A stretch of 64,000 nt of DNA, from NCBI GenBank assembly GCA_030295235.1, contig AP026142.1, positions 372,001 through 436,000 on the forward strand, written 5' to 3'. Positions 12,686 through 25,659 of the stretch are shown in pieces (position 1 is the stretch's first letter; each line of letters begins with the position of its first letter). The DNA is from Fistulifera solaris. Lineage: Eukaryota. The translations under genes and the position numbers were made by a program. A model generated the notes under the pieces. The model was not told the origin of the DNA, searched no databases, and saw nothing but the letters and a program-made list of their open reading frames with translations.

Positions 12686-13205
12686 GGTTGCGAAAGTTTG
12701 GGTTTGCGATAAACGAAAATGAAGTTCGAATAATTGTGAGAACTGAAGGAAGTCCTTGGCGTTGCGTTGCTGCGGTGGTTGTTTTGGGCGGGCCGTGCTG
12801 CAGGAGCATTTTTGGCCGGCGCACGCCAGCGGTTACACCAACTGCTAGTACTCGATGTACGCACACGTCAAAAATATACGAGGGATCTCGTACGTAGTCG
12901 TAAACGGTGTTCCTCGTACACAGTTGAAACCGCGCCACATCGTCTTGCTGTTCTACGTCTTGCAATTTTGGGCGCATCGAACTGGTAGAATTTCTACGGA
13001 GCGTACGTGTGTACCAGACTGTCGTAGAATCCATGCATTTCCTACGACACTTCACAGAACGTCGACCCCGGCTTGTTCTTCTCCGCCGCATTCACCCCAT
13101 CGTTGCCTCTGCTGCAAACGTCACAAATCACAAGCAACACTTGTTGACAACTCGTTTTTACATTATCAAAACAAAAGCAAAAACAAAACCAAAACTACTA
13201 TCACC

Positions 13206-13583
13206 ATGTCTGGAAAAGGAAAAGGAAAAGGAGGTCGCGGAGACAAGAAATCCACCAGCAGCTCCTCCAAGGCCGGCTTGCAGTTCCCCGTCGGTCGTAT
13301 CGGACGTTACTTGCGTCAAGGAAAGTACGCGACTCGTATGGGTGCCGGAGCACCCGTGTACTTGGCCGCTGTGCTCGAGTACTTGTGCGCTGAAATCTTG
13401 GAGTTGGCCGGAAACGCCGCTCGTGACAACAAGAAGACTCGTATTGTTCCCCGTCACATCACTTTGGCCGTGAAGAACGACGAGGAATTGAACAAGTTGT
13501 TGGGAGGAGTCACCATTGCCTCGGGAGGTGTGTTGCCCAACATTCACGCCGTCTTGTTGCCCAAGAAGACTGTTACCAAGTAA
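13206..13583 (+). CDS. H2A: Histone H2A (copy 1), divergent from H2B
   Basis: [15 protein letters not shown]...[12 protein letters not shown]...[15 protein letters not shown]. Confidence 0.99.
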   Translation: MSGKGKGKGGRGDKKSTSSSSKAGLQFPVGRIGRYLRQGKYATRMGAGAPVYLAAVLEYLCAEILELAGNAARDNKKTRIVPRHITLAVKNDEELNKLLGGVTIASGGVLPNIHAVLLPKKTVTK

Positions 13584-13650
13584 GCAGCTAAGCAACTTGG
13601 TGTGTGCAGTTCCTACTGTTGGAGTCGAGCGTATGCCTCGTTTCCCTACC

Positions 13651-13675
13651 AAACCGGAAGTTTTAACTTCCACCC
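13651..13675 (+). promoter_or_regulatory. Histone 3' stem-loop (H2A copy 1)
   Basis: AAACC-GGAAGT-TTTA-ACTTCC-ACCC, with a compensatory A-U pair versus G-C in the other histones. Confidence 0.85.
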
Positions 13676-14082
13676 AAACCAACAAAGCACATCAGTCTTT
13701 CAAGGAAACTGCAACTTTACCACCGTATCATAACAAGATGTAGTCATTTGTTTATTCTCTCTGCATTTCGATAGATCATAATGAATAGTTTTTGTCATGT
13801 TTTCATTCGAGTGAGGTCGTCGTCATGGCAACAACAATGCGTTTCTACGATAAGGATAGGTCCAATTTTCATTCTGGTACCGCAAAGACACTCGTTTTCA
13901 GTCATTTCCGTCGGCACGAGCACACGACCCGTTGCGTGCCGAACGGCGGACGATGCAGCGATGCAAGCAACAACAACCATAACGCGGTGCATGTAAGAAG
14001 CAACAAAACATCCGATGCGATCATTCCTTTCGTTTGCATTGCTTCTAAATTAAATTGAAGATAGCCAAAGATCAATCGAATC

Positions 14083-15496
14083 ATGGTCGCTTCTGCGGTT
14101 TTTATCACGGATTTGTCCGGAAAAATGCTCATCAGCCGCAATTACCGGGGTGATGTACCGTTGAATAAAGCCGTAGAACGTTTTACCAAGTATTTACTCG
14201 ATACGCCCGATGAACAGAAGAAACCGATCTTTTCACGGATGTCAATGGCGAATTCTTGCACGAAGAAGATGTGGGAGGGACCGGAATTGGAGGAGAAACC
14301 TATGTTTACATTGCCGTACGTCTCCTTAACCAAAATCACCGCCTGTACGTCCGATTCTCACCAGTCTTTTTTTTCTTGCCGTAGCTCTCCAATCTCTATA
14401 TGTGCGCCGTAACAATAAGAAACAGCAATGCCGCTTTAACGTTAACATTTCTGTACCGCTTATCCCAAGTCTTCAAAGATTACTTTGGCACGCTTGAGGA
14501 GGAAAGCATTCGCGATAACTTTGTCATCATTTACGAGTTACTCGATGAAACCATGGATTTCGGTTTGCCCCAATCGCTTGACAGTACCATTTTGCGAAGC
14601 TTTATCACAACGGGAGCCAACCGCATGGCCGAAGATACCCGTAGCAAGCCCCCGGTCGCCCTTACCAACGCGGTCAGTTGGCGTGCGGAAGGCATCAAGC
14701 ACAAAAGAACGAGATCTTCTTGGATGTAGTCGAGAAACTCAACTTACTGGTCGCGGCCAATGGTACAGTACTGCATTCGGAAATTCTGGGAGCGGTCAAA
14801 ATGAAGTCATTCCTTTCGGGAATGCCGGAACTCAAGCTCGGTTTGAACGACAAACTCATGTTCGAAGCGACGGGCCGGGCCAATCAAGCACGCGGAAAAT
14901 CGGTTGAGCTGGAAGATATTAAGTTTCATCAATGCGTTCGTTTGGCTCGATTCGAAAATGACCGAACCATCTCGTTCATTCCACCCGATGGCGAGTTCGA
15001 TCTCATGACTTACCGACTCAACACCCATGTCAAGCCACTGATTTGGGTCGAGGCGGTGGTGGAGCCCCATAAAGGTAGTCGCATCGAATACATGGTCAAG
15101 ACGCGGTCTCAATTCAAGTCGCGATCGGTCGCCAACAATGTGGAGATAATCATTCCGGTACCACCCGATGTCGACAGTCCCTCCTTCAAATCGTCCGTCG
15201 GTACGGTCACGTACTTGCCCGACAAGGACGCGGTGGTTTGGAAAATCAAACAGTATCATGGTGGACGGGAGTTTTTGATGCGGGCCCATTTTGGACTGCC
15301 GAGCATTAGTGCCAATGATCAGAAGGCCGAGAATTCGTGGAAAGCTCCGATCCGCGTCCAGTTTGAGATTCCCTATTTCACGGTGTCGGGCATTCAGGTT
15401 CGGTACCTGAAAATTATTGAAAAGAGTGGTTATCAAGCTTTACCATGGGTGCGCTACATTACGGCCAATGGAGACTATCAACTTCGAATGGCATAA
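14083..15496 (+). CDS. AP1M: AP-1 complex mu subunit (intron 14316-14384; frameshifts ~14232 and ~14705)
   Basis: LISRNYRGD, LEEESIRDNFVIIYELLDETMDFG, DIKFHQCVRLARFENDRTISFIPPDGEF, IPYFTVSGIQVRYLKIIEKSGYQALPWVRY. Confidence 0.96.
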
Positions 15497-15575
15497 TATC
15501 TAATACAGATGTTTCGATGTGTGAAGTAGCCATTAAGTGCCAATTAGACATAATTTCTATAAGCACGTTGATAAA

Positions 15576-18179
15576 TCATTGAAAGGGAGCAGTACTCTCG
15601 TCCGATGTAGCGTTACCTTCCGACGAAGCACTTTGCACCTCCGTAACAGTTGCGGCTTCCGGTGCTTTTGCCTCTTTGAGGGGCTCTTCAACGATTTCTG
15701 GGCAAACGTCTTCGATCACCTGAGCGACAAATGGGCTTTTCTCTTTGACTCCTCTCTTCGTTCAGCGGCCACCTTTTGTAAGTTTGCCGACCGATCTTCT
15801 TCCGATAATTCAGGACTGGTTGCCTTGGTATCCGGGGCAGCACTAGAGATTCCAAGTTGCAGCAACTCGACTTCCTCGGAATCCGCTTCCAATCCTTTTC
15901 CGCGAAGGACCTCTTTTCGTTTTCCTTCCACAATGGCATTGACTTCCTCGGGAGCAACGCCTAAGTTTCGCATTACAGCTGCCGCAAATGGTAGAGTGAG
16001 AAGCAAGTTATCTTCAGGAAGAATGGGCACCATTGCAGCCACATCCAAAGTCTTCTGTAAACGACTTGCGTGGTCCGCATCCGCAGCACGCGCAAAGATC
16101 TTCAGGTCCGGGTACCAGCGTCGAAGCGCAATCACGACGCGATTGGCTTGCGCTTTGTCTGCTATACAGACGACAACACATCGAGCTTTGCCAATGTTGA
16201 ATGCTTCCGCAACTTCTTGACGACCAATGTCTCCGTAGAAGACGGGTAGTCCCTTGTTTCGCGCTTGAATAGCTTTGTTGGGATCCACCTCAAGCCCCAC
16301 ATACTTGATAAACTTGCGATCCAGCAAGTCACAAACCACCTTTCCAACAGCACCGTATCCCACGACAGCAGCGAAGTCGTCGCTCTCCTTAATTTCGTTG
16401 GCGTCACGATCTTGTCCTAAGTAATGAGTAAAGTCACTCTTCTCCTCCAACACTTTCGCGATGCGTCCTCCTGCAGATGCCATCAACGGCGTTGCCGCCA
16501 TGGTCAAACTAACGGAGGTCAACAATAGTTTGGTGGTAGCAGGATCCAGGATACCCAAAGATCGCGCCAACCCAAAAGGCAACAAAGGCAAATTCTCCTC
16601 CCTGACTTAAAATCAGGCCTGTTTGTGAAGCTGTGGACATACTCAACCCAAAAGCTAGCGAAAGGGCAGTCGTAACGGCAGCTTTGAGTGCTAAGATGGC
16701 CAAGACGAGAGAGCCCACCAAAGGTAGGTTCGAGAGAACCAAGCCAACATCAATCTCAAATCCTACCGTCACAAAGAAGAGCCCCAACAAAACTCCACGG
16801 AACGGAGCAATATCGGCTTCAATCTGATAACGGTATTTCGTTTCAGATAATAGAACACCTGCTAAGAATGCTCCCAGTGTGTTACTCAATCCCAGTCCTT
16901 CCGTCATAAACGACATGGATAGCACTGTCAAAAGAATAACACCTAAAAATGCTTCTTGAGACTGTGCTTGAGCCACTGTTCGGAACAAGGGATTGACAAC
17001 AAACCGACCAGCAGCGGCGATGGATCCCAGTGCCAAACCGGCTTTGACAACAGCATTGAAAACGGCTCCCGCCAGTCCACGACCACCACCCGCCAAAATA
17101 GGCGTCACGACGAGCAAAGGGACCACGGCCAAATCTTGAAAAAGCAGCACACCGAATGCAGCCTTACCAAAGCGAGTAGCCAACTGATCATTATCTTTCA
17201 ACAGCTGCAGAACGAATGCAGAACTACTCAATGCCAGTCCACCGCCCAGCACAACTAAAGCATTGGCTGGCAATCCCAGTACTCCTCCAATACCAGCAGC
17301 CACCAGAGCCGTCACAATAAATTGACTAAAGCCCAATCCAAACACATCCTTCTTCATGGAAAGCAAACGCTCCACCGACAATTCCAGGCCCATTTCAAAC
17401 AAGAAGAATACAATTCCTAGTTCCGCCAACGTTTCCGTCGTATGAATGCCCGAAATCAAACCCGCCGCGTTGGGTCCCAACAGCATACCAGCCGCCAGAA
17501 AGCCCAAAATAGGCGAAGTCCCGAGACGTTTGCACAACGGCGTCACGAGAGCGGTAGCCAAGAGCAACAATAAGGTATCCGATTTGGGACCTTCCATATA
17601 CTTCATTAAATCTTCGGCGGCTTCGCGGAGCGTCTTTTTGGTTTCACGACCCGCCGTGACCAATTGGTCTTCGACGACGGCGGTCTTTTTCGGAACGACG
17701 GCTTGGCTGCTGCTGCCGCCGCCGCCTCGATACCAAGCGGACGACGATGTAGAGTACGTGGGAAGTTGTTGTTGGACGACTCGTTCGATGGGAGTACTCG
17801 AAGTGCACGGCGGTACATCCTGCACGGGGAGAGACATCGTAAAGACCGAAAACGCCAGTGCAGCGGCTACCAAGAGACTCCGGCGCTTCGATCGTTGCCA
17901 AAGAAGGACTTTTCCCATCCATTTCGTACAAAACTTGGAAAACGTCGCACAGGATTGGCGCAGTTTGTGACCCCAACGACGAGGAGTTTCGTCTTCATCC
18001 ACGACGCGGGCTTCTACGTCTATTGTTTTGGAAAAAAGAGTAGATTGTTGTTGTTTGGTGACGAAAAAGTTGCTTTGTACAGTCAAAGGCGGCACCAGCC
18101 GGGCGGAGGATGAGAATCCTTCCGTCGATATCGTACAAAAAGCCAACAGCAGCGCTGCTAACAAAGTTTTTCGACCCAT
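15576..18179 (-). CDS. KEA: Plastid K+/H+ antiporter, CPA2/KEA (KefB/C-like) family with TrkA-N domain (frameshifts ~16575 and ~15740)
   Basis: LAELGIVFFLFEMGLELS, GVLLFQDLAVVPLL, SQGGEFAFV and TrkA-N VVGYGAVG...VFYGD. Signal peptide ending TEG-FSS. Confidence 0.9.
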
Positions 18180-18391
18180 GATCGTCTGTTTCTCTCGCTT
18201 TCGTACTTCTTGATGATGTGAGTTTCCGGCCAAGTTGGATACCAAAGAGTTGCAAAGGTTGCTTCTCCAGACATTAACGCGTGTCGTTGGCTGGTGACCG
18301 TTGTGATGTGTTTTGTTTTTTGTCCGCGAATCCGCGATCCTTCTGGATTTGCGCGGCTCTCGCGGCCGCGTCGCGTGCGTATTTCCTCACC

Positions 18392-18467
18392 GTCTGTCTG
18401 TCTGTCCGTCCGTCTGTCGCCTGCCTACTGCCTACTGCCGCTAAGATACAAGTACCTTGTATTGTCC

Positions 18468-18501
<34 letters not shown>
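18392..18501. repeat. (TCTG)n microsatellite tracts
   Basis: Two imperfect TCTG runs at ~18392-18418 and ~18464-18501. Confidence 0.85.
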
Positions 18502-18502
<1 letters not shown>

Positions 18503-18836
18503 GCCTAACTTGTATTCGGACTCGAAACTAGGACAGTCGACGCTTTCGCTTTCCGGGACTGAATATGACTGCGTCAACAACTCAAGATTTAGCTTCTTTC
18601 AACGTAGTCAAAACTAGAGTGCTGCATTGAAAAGTGGATGCAATCACTTCAACTTGTCAACATTGTTCCGTCTCAAGTGAAAATTGTCCCGTTCATTCTA
18701 AAGCGGCGTTCATTCAAGAAATCACGGATACTGTACTATACTGTACTAACCCTTGATTAGATCAATTTTAACAAAGTGACAAAAGAGAGAAATGCACACG
18801 AACGGTGAAGGTATACACCCACACACACACACACAC

Positions 18837-19829
18837 TTAGCGCCCCATCTTGCCTTCCCTATAATCACGAATAGCTTGTTGAATTTCCGCTTGCGTATTC
18901 ATCACGAAAGGGCCTTGTGCCGCAATGGGTTCATCGAGGGGTTCTCCGCCCAAAATTAACAAAGCAGTGTCGGATTCGACGACACGGAGACGCAAAATGT
19001 CACTCCCGTCTAGTCTCATCAACGCCACATCTTGTGGTCCGAGCTTCGATGCTTTCATTTTCTGATCTCCCTCGCCACTCAAGACTTCAACCGATCCTCT
19101 TCGAACAAAGACAATACAATTGTGATGCGCCGGAAAGGGCAAATCAATTTCGGATCCGACGTGCGGCAATTGGACATCCCACATTTGAACGGGTGAAAAG
19201 GTGGAAGCTGCACCTTTCGTGTCACCCAACTCACCCGCAATGATGCGGGCTTTACCGAGAACGTCGGCCGAGTTCAGAGGCAAGGGTACTTCGGGAATAT
19301 CTTCTTTGGTAATCGGTTGATAACGAGGTTTGGTCATTTTGTGTTTTTTCGGCAAATTCACCCACAGCTGACACATTTCTAACGTTCCACCGTTCTTGGT
19401 AAATTCTTTGCTGTGATATTCTTCGTGAATGATACCGCGCCCGGCCGTCATCCACTGTACATCTCCTTCACCAATCACGCCTTTGTTCCCGGTGCTATCG
19501 TGGTGTTCAATTTCTCCCTGCATGGCGACTAAATAAAGAGGTGTGCGTAAGATTGGTAAAAGAATAAGGAGGGCAAACAAATTTTCTCGTCATAGGCTCG
19601 TACCCGTCACTGTTTCAAAACCTCGATGAGGATGTTGACCAACACCCCGAGGTTTCGTACTCAAATGCGCATTGAATTTTTTGGGATCGGCATAATCGAA
19701 CATGAGCAACGGACTGAGTTCATTGCTGAAGGCGAGACTGCCGAAGACAGGATAGACGTGAAAGCCATCTCCCACCCAATGTTTGGAAGGGCGTTCCATC
19801 ACCTTTCGTACCGAGCGAAATTTCGTCAT
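18837..19829 (-). CDS. Pirin family protein (intron 19529-19603)
   Basis: HWVGDGF, QHPHRGFETVT, EHHDSTGN, VQWMTAGRGIIHEE, QLWVNLP, GPFVMNT. Confidence 0.96.
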
Positions 19830-20612
19830 GTTATTTACGATGCAGGTGTCAATGTTATTATTGTTATTATTATTATTTGACGAGAAAGACGAGGTCGGAT
19901 GAATGAAAGCTGTCAAAAGACTGATGGCCGAAAGCGGGGAAGTCCAGACGGAAGTGCGCATACAATAAAAACAATGATACGCAATCAAATTCAACCTTGT
20001 CTTACTACTGCTTCTTACTGTAGATAAAAGAAAGTTACGAAAGGAAAGGCCCGAATACTCAATTCATTTCATCCGAAAACACTGTTGTTCGGTGAAGTCA
20101 ACGAACAACGAAACCCAAAGAAGCGAAGAGGGCGGGCCATCGGTCATCACGTCACACGTCATCGCTGCCACTGCCACTCTCTACAAAGTAGAGAGAGAGA
20201 GAGAGTACCGGTAGCGCCACGTTTTGAATTTTGAAGAATCAGAGCAACGCCATAAGCCGTAAGGTTAAGGCTTTGGCGTCACAAGAACGACTCCTCACTC
20301 GTGTTTCCCTTTTCTATCTTTTTGATTCTAGGTCGTCCACCATTCAGGTAAATGGCTATATCTTATATAACAACAGACTCAAATGGTTTTCTGAAATTTG
20401 AATAAGCGATTTCTCTGCTCATGACATTGTCTGGTCTTTCCAAGACATTGTGACTCCGAATTCAACAAGGGAATATTCATTATCGATCATCGAACTCTCA
20501 TGACCGACTCCTCAAACCAGGCACAAGGTAGAACGAGGCACTGACTCTAAATACAACGTTCATCGAAACTACATCCTTGCTCAATTTCTCTCATCACTGT
20601 AGGGTTCTGGCT

Positions 20613-21866
20613 TCATTCCTCATCCGAGAGATCTTCCGGATGAAGAAACAGACGATTCATTTTCGATACCGACAACATGGAACCGCCTGCGACCCAAGGG
20701 AGGGCTTCCACGTCTTTTACTTTGAAACCAATGGACTTGCCTTCATCCAACATAGCCTGGACTTTCTTGATAAATTTTGCTTTGTTGGGTTGGCCCAAAC
20801 GCGCGTACCACATGTAACACTTTTTGCCCGTTTCCACGTCAACGACGTGCGGTTCATTCGTCTCCTTGGGTCGCTCTAAGACGGGAGGAAGGCTTATGCT
20901 TGCTGTTTTCGCAACAGGTGAGACGGGAGGGATGCTTTTGGTGGCCTCTTTCGCAACAGGTGGGACGGGAGGGGTGCTTTTGGTTGTTTCTGTCGCGACA
21001 GGTGGAGAGGCGGGTACGTGAACTTTTTCCGGAATGCGTTCCTTCAGTTTCTTCGTCTCATCCTTTGGAGGAGCACGACTTTTATTGCTGGCTTTGACAG
21101 TCCGAAACGACTTCTGCTTCTTTCGACGAACGGTCTCAGCTGGTATTTCTATTTCTACTTCTTTCATGACAGTCACTTTGGTGACAACTCGTTTCAAAAT
21201 CTTTTCGTGAGCGGACTCGGAGGAATCCGACGAGGCCTCTCTGGCTTTCCGCCGAGCTTCCATGCGTTCCTGACTTTTGTGTTTCCATTCGCGTTTCATA
21301 TTCTTTGCAGCATCACAATGATCTCTACTGAATCCGTGATAATAATCTTTGGGTTTGTGTTTCATTCGTTCGACCGGTTTGGTGGGTGCTGGCTCTGGTT
21401 CCTCATCCGGTTCATCATCGGCCTTTTTCTTTCTCATCGTCCTCCTCTTTCTTTTCCTTGTTTCTGAAATTAAACCAACTCTTTCGTTTCGGTTTTTCTG
21501 GAGCAGCAGCCGGTTTTGTTGGCGTTTTCTTGGTAGCTGCCGGTGCCGCAGCACGTCGCTGCAGATTTTGCGAAGGCGCTTTTTGGGTTTCGCACCCGCT
21601 TTTAAAGCTCTTTTTATCTTTCGGTTCTCGCGACGTATCCGGGCTTCTTCTTCCGCCTCAGAATCGGTGACGTAATCAGATACTTCGATTTCTTCTTCTC
21701 GCTTCACAATCTCTTTTCGAGCCGGACGGATTATCACCGTTTCGTACGAGGAATCACTGTCATCGTCATTCTCGGGTGCTGTCCCTTTCGTCCCCAACGT
21801 GAGCTCGGATACCACCGAAGCATCGCTCGTGGATGCACTGCTTTTCGTTCTCATGATATCGAACAA
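20613..21866 (-). CDS. Hypothetical Lys/Glu-rich protein with compact C-terminal domain (CYMWYARLGQP...DVEALPW)
   Basis: 417-aa ORF with low-complexity body and PPVA repeats; probable compensating frameshifts ~21450-21570. Start uncertain. Confidence 0.6.
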   Translation of the reverse strand: MFDIMRTKSSASTSDASVVSELTLGTKGTAPENDDDSDSSYETVIIRPARKEIVKREEEIEVSDYVTDSEAEEEARIRRENRKIKRALKAGAKPKKRLRKICSDVLRHRQLPRKRQQNRLLLQKNRNERVGLISETRKRKRRTMRKKKADDEPDEEPEPAPTKPVERMKHKPKDYYHGFSRDHCDAAKNMKREWKHKSQERMEARRKAREASSDSSESAHEKILKRVVTKVTVMKEVEIEIPAETVRRKKQKSFRTVKASNKSRAPPKDETKKLKERIPEKVHVPASPPVATETTKSTPPVPPVAKEATKSIPPVSPVAKTASISLPPVLERPKETNEPHVVDVETGKKCYMWYARLGQPNKAKFIKKVQAMLDEGKSIGFKVKDVEALPWVAGGSMLSVSKMNRLFLHPEDLSDEE

Positions 21867-22260
21867 GATGCTGTGAATGGTGAGACTTTCGTGTTGTCCA
21901 GGGTCATTTGCATGGTTGGATGGAACATCAATGCTTTTTAGCGGTCATGGCATGCCATTTTGCGCTTCCGTTGATCATCACACAAAAATCTTGTATGGCT
22001 ATAAATTACGCCCTTATAGGACTGAGTGTACTATGTCTCACCCAATTGAACATTCAACACTCCTCTATGCGATTAGGCTTTTTCGACTTTTCGGCTTCGG
22101 TATGAGTCCTGTAGCTTGGATCTTTCCCAGTCTCGAGTTGCTTCGCTCAAGCTTCGCGGCTTTCCCCGACTGATGAGGCGCAGCAACGATCTGATTCTCC
22201 TTCATTACATTCACTTCGCTTCCAATCCACACGCAATTCTCTACTACTATGTTGACGCTC

Positions 22261-22506
22261 ATGAAAACTTTCTTTTTTCTTGTTGTGACGTTTGTGGCGA
22301 CCTCGGCCGAAATTCAAGCCACAGTGAACCGACTGGATTGTGAAGATGCCCACGACGGGTTGACGGTGCACTGCCAATTTGCGCTCGAACGCAAAGCGCA
22401 TCGCAAGAATCTCGATACATGCATTCACATTGGCAAGGAATCCTTTTGCGTCGAAGCCAAAATACAAACACTCATTCGGAAAATGCACGGCTATGACGAT
22501 CTCTAA
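22261..22506 (+). CDS. Small putative secreted/ER protein (81 aa, 4 Cys)
   Basis: Signal-peptide-like MKTFFFLVVTFVATSA, C-terminus YDDL. No recognised homolog. Confidence 0.4.
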   Translation: MKTFFFLVVTFVATSAEIQATVNRLDCEDAHDGLTVHCQFALERKAHRKNLDTCIHIGKESFCVEAKIQTLIRKMHGYDDL

Positions 22507-22800
22507 AGCCCAAGGGGAGCGACGAAACGCCTTGCAGTGTTGAAAACAAGTTGAACCTCACACGCCTCCTGGCTTGAAGAAGAAAGTACGTGTTTCTCTT
22601 ATATCCAGCATAAGTGGATAAATTATGATAAATGATAACAATAATTTGGGTTATCAAACATTTTTAATCGACCATGAAGTTGATGCGGTAGCGGACGTCC
22701 TTTATCGGAACGGTGAAAAAGGAATCCGTTACGAAGATTTATTCTTACTAGTCTACGAAAGTTTAGTTCCTCAAATTCACAGCACGGACTTTGTTGGTTT

Positions 22801-22825
22801 GGGTGGAAGTTAAAACTTCCGGTTT
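22801..22825 (-). promoter_or_regulatory. Histone 3' stem-loop (H2A copy 2)
   Basis: Identical to the copy 1 stem-loop. Confidence 0.85.
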
Positions 22826-22892
22826 GGTAGGGAAACGAGGCATACGCTCGACTCCAACAGTAGGAACTGCACACACCAAGTTGCTTAGCTTC

Positions 22893-23270
22893 TTACTTGG
22901 TAACAGTCTTCTTGGGCAACAAGACGGCGTGAATGTTGGGCAACACACCTCCCGAGGCAATGGTGACTCCTCCCAACAACTTGTTCAATTCCTCGTCGTT
23001 CTTCACGGCCAAAGTGATGTGACGGGGAACAATACGAGTCTTCTTGTTGTCACGAGCGGCGTTTCCGGCCAACTCCAAGATTTCAGCGCACAAGTACTCG
23101 AGCACAGCGGCCAAGTACACGGGAGCTCCGGCACCCATACGAGTCGCGTACTTTCCTTGACGCAAGTAACGTCCGATACGACCGACGGGGAACTGCAAGC
23201 CGGCCTTGGAGGAGCTGCTGGTGGATTTCTTGTCTCCGCGGCCTCCCTTTCCTTTTCCTTTTCCAGACAT
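22893..23270 (-). CDS. H2A: Histone H2A (copy 2), divergent from H3
   Basis: Protein identical to copy 1. Confidence 0.99.
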   Translation of the reverse strand: MSGKGKGKGGRGDKKSTSSSSKAGLQFPVGRIGRYLRQGKYATRMGAGAPVYLAAVLEYLCAEILELAGNAARDNKKTRIVPRHITLAVKNDEELNKLLGGVTIASGGVLPNIHAVLLPKKTVTK

Positions 23271-23583
23271 GGTGATAGTAGTTTTGGTTTTGTTTTTGCT
23301 TTTGTTTTGATAATGTAAAAACGAGTTGTCAACAAGTGTTGCTTGTGATTTGTGATGCAACCATGGACGAGAAAAGCGCGGAGGACGTGCCGAGCCCGAT
23401 TTTGCAAAAGGGCTCCAGTATATTTGCTACTGAAAGCTACATACATAGGAGCTAGTGCAAATGTTACATGGCAAGATGCGCCACTACCGTTCCTGTAGAT
23501 TTTGTACCAGTGTCTACGTAAAACTTTGACATCGAAACGTTGCCGCATTTGCGCGCCGTAATTTTTACGGGGCTGTCTCGTAG

Positions 23584-24093
<510 letters not shown>

Positions 24094-24129
24094 GTTCGTT
24101 ACTCCATGTTCCTCGACATGAGGTAATCC

Positions 24130-24154
24130 AAACCGGAGGTCTTTACCTCCACCC
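24130..24154 (+). promoter_or_regulatory. Histone 3' stem-loop (H3)
   Basis: AAACC-GGAGGT-CTTT-ACCTCC-ACCC. Confidence 0.85.
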
Positions 24155-24280
24155 AAACAAACAAAGACACATTTTACATCGATGATTCGAAAACTTGTTC
24201 CATGTGGTATTTGAAAATTTCTACGATTGTCGTTAAAGTTTTTGACTTAGTAAACTTGAATCAATAATATCACTCCCACC

Positions 24281-24982
24281 TTACAAGACTTCGTCAGTGA
24301 TCCAGCGTATCACCTCAGTCTGCATGTCATCTTCATCATCACTTTTTACTATTTTCACATGCATGCCCTCTCCATCGTGTCTTTCTTTCGTTCGCAAGGC
24401 TCCCTTCCAATAAATATCGTTGTCGTTTTGAGTCGCTAAAATCATCATTGGGACGGATCCGGGTTCTAATCGCATGGTCCAATGTGCATAATGCTCCACG
24501 TAGTCATTGAATAAGGAAAGCGACTCACTCGTGGTTGCATAATAATAATGCTCGAGTGCCTGGACACTTTCGCCATGGTCCAGTGGCAAAGGATCAACCA
24601 TGATCAGGCCCTGAAGCGGCAACGACTCGAGATAAAATTGTGCCAACCACGAAATCATGGGACCCCGACTCAACAGGACCACATGGGGAGCGATGCCATG
24701 GGACAGATCGTTCGATAGTTCTCGAAGTGCCGCATCAAAATCATCATTGGCTGTGATGGAACATTGAGCAAAGGAAAATCCATGCTCCTGGACCAAACTC
24801 GGACGCCACGTATTCCAAGACTGCGAATTAAAACCTTCGTCTTCGGCCAAGACAATGGTGCAAGGTCGTTCCGGGACGAGACTCGTCAGGGCGGGCTCTT
24901 CCATCAGTGTCAACAGATTTCGACGGATGAGGGGAACGCATTTGGGGAAGCTTCGCGATAGCAGGGAGACAGGATACAGCAT
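24281..24982 (-). CDS. Divergent alpha/beta-hydrolase-like protein
   Basis: VVLLSRGPMISWLAQFYLESLPLQGLIMVDP resembles a nucleophile-elbow region lacking the canonical GxSxG. Possible mitochondrial presequence. Confidence 0.55.
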   Translation of the reverse strand: MLYPVSLLSRSFPKCVPLIRRNLLTLMEEPALTSLVPERPCTIVLAEDEGFNSQSWNTWRPSLVQEHGFSFAQCSITANDDFDAALRELSNDLSHGIAPHVVLLSRGPMISWLAQFYLESLPLQGLIMVDPLPLDHGESVQALEHYYYATTSESLSLFNDYVEHYAHWTMRLEPGSVPMMILATQNDNDIYWKGALRTKERHDGEGMHVKIVKSDDEDDMQTEVIRWITDEVL

Positions 24983-25659
24983 CGTTTTTCGTCCGAACGT
25001 TTTTGTTCATAAGCAACTGCTTTCTGTAGTTTCAAGCGCGCTGACAAATCGCCTCTAAGAATATATATAAAGCATGTTTATGTTCGGCCAGAACGCTTCT
25101 TAATTATCAAAAGGTAACACTAACAAAAGTTTAATTACAACAATGAAAAAGTGCACTTCTGCCAACGACTCTCAAGACTCCTCACCTCGCACCTTGAGTC
25201 ACTCGTTGCTCAACGGAATAGAGCATTGACGTACAGACTGGAAATGTCGTTGTGTATGATATCTAGAGTAAAGTGTACCGTACCGGCTTGAGTACCGCTT
25301 ACCCCTCGCCTCAACCCTCAACGCTCTCGTCGACCGCGACGAGACGACGACGAGACGAGGGACGCCAGAAAAGACGAAGGGACCTTGGCGGTCCATTGAC
25401 GTCGTTACGAAGCAAATAGATAAAAAAATTAACCCCGATGCTTCGCGAAACAAATTCAAACTATTGCGTTTAGATAATTTTGCTCCCCAAAAGTCTGATC
25501 AGAGAGCTGAGCGTGCGGTATCGGTTGCAGAAAGTAGGTGACGATACGTTTTCGTTTGAAAGGAGCGATCTAGACTCCTGAAGATTTCAGTCTCTTTCTC
25601 ATCGAGAAGTTTTCTTTTGGGGAAATTTTATCACTTTTCCAATAGAGTGAGATATAATA

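Noticed and set aside
12263..12712. Long antisense ORFs over histones and other genes (also 13158-13685, 22791-23318, 56593-57288)
   Set aside because: Shadow ORFs caused by codon bias of the sense genes.
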